DNA of 64,000 nucleotides from Eledone cirrhosa (Eukaryota): NCBI GenBank assembly GCA_964016885.1, contig OZ024745.1, positions 31,372,001-31,436,000 of the forward strand, read 5' to 3'. Shown here one piece after another: positions 61,959 to 64,000 of this stretch. The stretch's first letter is position 1, and each line of letters opens with the position of its first letter. Under the pieces are notes generated by a model. It saw only the letters and a program-made list of their open reading frames with translations, searched no databases and had not been told where the DNA came from. The position numbers were made by a program, and so were the translations under genes.

Positions 61959-62153
61959 AATAATTGTTTCTACTTTAGGCACAAGGCCAGCAAATTACCC
62001 AGTGCATTACTGGTACTTTATTTTATCGACCCCGTAAGGATGAAAGGCAAAGTCAACCTCGGCAGGATTTGAACTCAGATCGTAAAGGGACGTAACTATG
62101 CTGGAAAGCATGGCGTCCGACCTTCTACCGATACTGCCAATCCACCGCCCTTA
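61959..62153 (-). mobile_element. SINE family 2 copy
   Basis: Reverse complement of 28736-28927. Confidence 0.88.
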
Positions 62154-62154
62154 A

Positions 62155-62512
62155 CAATAATAATAATAATAATAATAACAATAATAATAATAACAATAAT
62201 AATAATAATGAAATGATTGTGTACAGTGCTCTGGTGCATGTATAGTACATAGAATAATGTACAAATATCAGGAAAATGAACAGTGTACGAGTCATGAAAT
62301 ACATGTGTGCGTGTGTATGGAGGGAGTATATCAGGTGTAGTGTTGGCGAATTTCAGGAAGCATGGAGGTTTTAAAGGATGCAGTGTCTTGATAGCTAATA
62401 ACTGATGCAGGTAGTTTGTTCCATTCTTCAGCAACTCTGAACGTGAAAAAATTTTTCAGAAAGTCATGGGAGCTGTGCTGTTTTCTGACTTTGTTAGCAT
62501 GCCCATGTGTGT
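62155..62512 (-). mobile_element. CR1-clade 3' fragment with (ATT)n tail
   Basis: Reverse complement of the 47425-47780 type sequence. Confidence 0.75.
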
Positions 62513-62956
62513 TAAAAAAAACATTTAAAAGTTAGCAGTTTTATATCATAAATGCAGGGCAGTTTCAGGTAGTTTCAGCCAATTTCAGGTAGCTTAGTAA
62601 CAAAACGGTGAAAGAGTTTTGTTAATATTTAGTTAGTATTTATTTCAATTTATTATTTATTTTATCAATCTCTATTTGCCAAACTGCTACATTAAAAGAT
62701 CAAAGCAAGAACAGACGTGGATGTGTGTTTGTGATTGGACATAGACACACATACTTACAAAAACACACATTCACATGCACACACATACACACACACGTGT
62801 GAATGTGATTACATTTGTGTACAAGACCAGGTAAAATGGTGACTGATGTCGCTGCAGTAGTAGAAGCAGCAGCAGAACTTTCTGCAGCGGCAGCAGTATT
62901 TGACAGATCAGCTGCAATTGCTGCTGTAGAAGTGGCAGTGAAGACAGCACACATAT

Positions 62957-63480
62957 ATGGTGGTGGTGGTAGTGGCGGCAGTAGTGGTGATGGTAGGTTT
63001 GGTGGCAGTAAGGATGATGGTAGTGATGGTGATGGTGGTGGCAGTAGTTATGATGGTAGTGGTGTTGGTGGTAGCAGTAGTGATGATGGTAATGGTGGTG
63101 GTGCTAATGGTGGTGGCAGTAGTGATGGTGGTAGTGGTGGCAGTAGTGATGGTGCCAGTAGTGATGGTGGTGGCAGTAGTGATGATGGTAGTAGTGGTGG
63201 TTGTAATGGTGGTGGCAGTAGTGATGATGGCAGTGGTGGTGGTTGTAATGGTGGTGGCAGTAGTGATGATGGCAGTGGTGGTGGTTGTAATGGTGGTGGC
63301 AGTAGTGATGATGGCAGTGGTGGTGGTTGTAATGGTGGTGGCAGTAGTGATGATGGCAGTGGTGGTGGTTGTAATGGTGGTGGCAGTAGTGGTGGTGGTT
63401 GTAATGGTGGTGGCAGTAGTGATGATGGCAGTGGTGGTGGTTGTGGCAGCGGTGTTGGTGGTGTTGTTGGTGGCGGTGAT
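62957..63480. repeat. GGT/GAT-rich minisatellite with 42-bp unit
   Basis: GGTGGTGGCAGTAGTGATGATGGCAGTGGTGGTGGTTGTAAT repeated about six times (63166-63445). Confidence 0.93.
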
Positions 63481-64000
63481 ATTGTTGTTGCTAGGTGCGT
63501 GCATGGGGGTGTATGGGCAGCAATAGAGGTAATGTTAATTGGTGTTGTTGTTATTGCCATTTAGCCCTAGGTGAAGCATGATCAAACAGAGCTATAATCA
63601 AAGACATCCTAATCATGACCACTCCATCATATTTACCTAGAACAGACTTAACCAATGTGTCCATCTATTTTTTAATGACAGCAGAGTATAATTTGAAAGC
63701 AATTTAGCTGCTTTTTCTAGCAAAATCATTCCTACCATCACCACCACCACTGCTGCCCCCCACCACCATCACCACCACCACTGCTGCCTCCCACCACCAC
63801 CACAGCTGGCACTAATACCACTACCACCATTGCCACCACCACCACCACCATCTTTATTTATAATAGTAGACAGTGATTTGAGGGTGTTTGTGCTACTATT
63901 TCTAGCAGATCAAGAAATAGATACAGACTTCCTCATTCTCTTGAGCTTTTTTTTTGTGACAGCAGTATAAGCAGTAATGGCAGTGGTAGAGGTAGCAGTG

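Noticed and set aside
62815-63564. Gly/Ser-, Thr-, Val- and Pro-rich ORFs in four frames
   Set aside because: Open in several frames on both strands because of a 42-bp minisatellite; not LRR-like, so not the next F-box exon.

Overview
AT-rich, microsatellite-laden animal genomic DNA; the RTE/SINE repertoire and (TA)n/(CAT)n/(TAA)n tracts suggest a cephalopod such as Octopus (inference). The only host gene seen is a + strand F-box/leucine-rich-repeat gene: four phase-compatible GT-AG exons (17046-17526, 29898-30164, 35853-36019, 44509-44711) separated by 5.7-12.4 kb introns, with no securely identified start or end. Almost everything else is transposable-element derived. This includes one near full-length RTE LINE with an intact 1038-codon APE-RT ORF (11520-15033, minus strand) and about a dozen truncated RTE copies. 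There are also an R4/Dong-type RLE LINE sitting in (TAA)n, CR1 and L1/Tx1-like 3' fragments, two tRNA-derived SINE families, mariner-type and TTAA (piggyBac-type) MITEs, a Charlie-type hAT remnant and GGT-rich minisatellites. The most unusual signal is a set of at least six short, mutually unrelated fold-back (palindromic) elements embedded in or beside (TA)n tracts. Two carry recognisable minimal type I hammerhead ribozyme folds (3426-3464, 15142-15194) and others carry degenerate ones, consistent with Penelope-like-element (PLE) derived non-autonomous fold-backs. Also notable are a PHD-type C4HC3 finger inserted inside the RTE reverse transcriptase, several closely spaced inverted TE pairs that could form dsRNA, and a hAT remnant resembling primate MER1/Charlie3. 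All calls are by eye; no searches were run.
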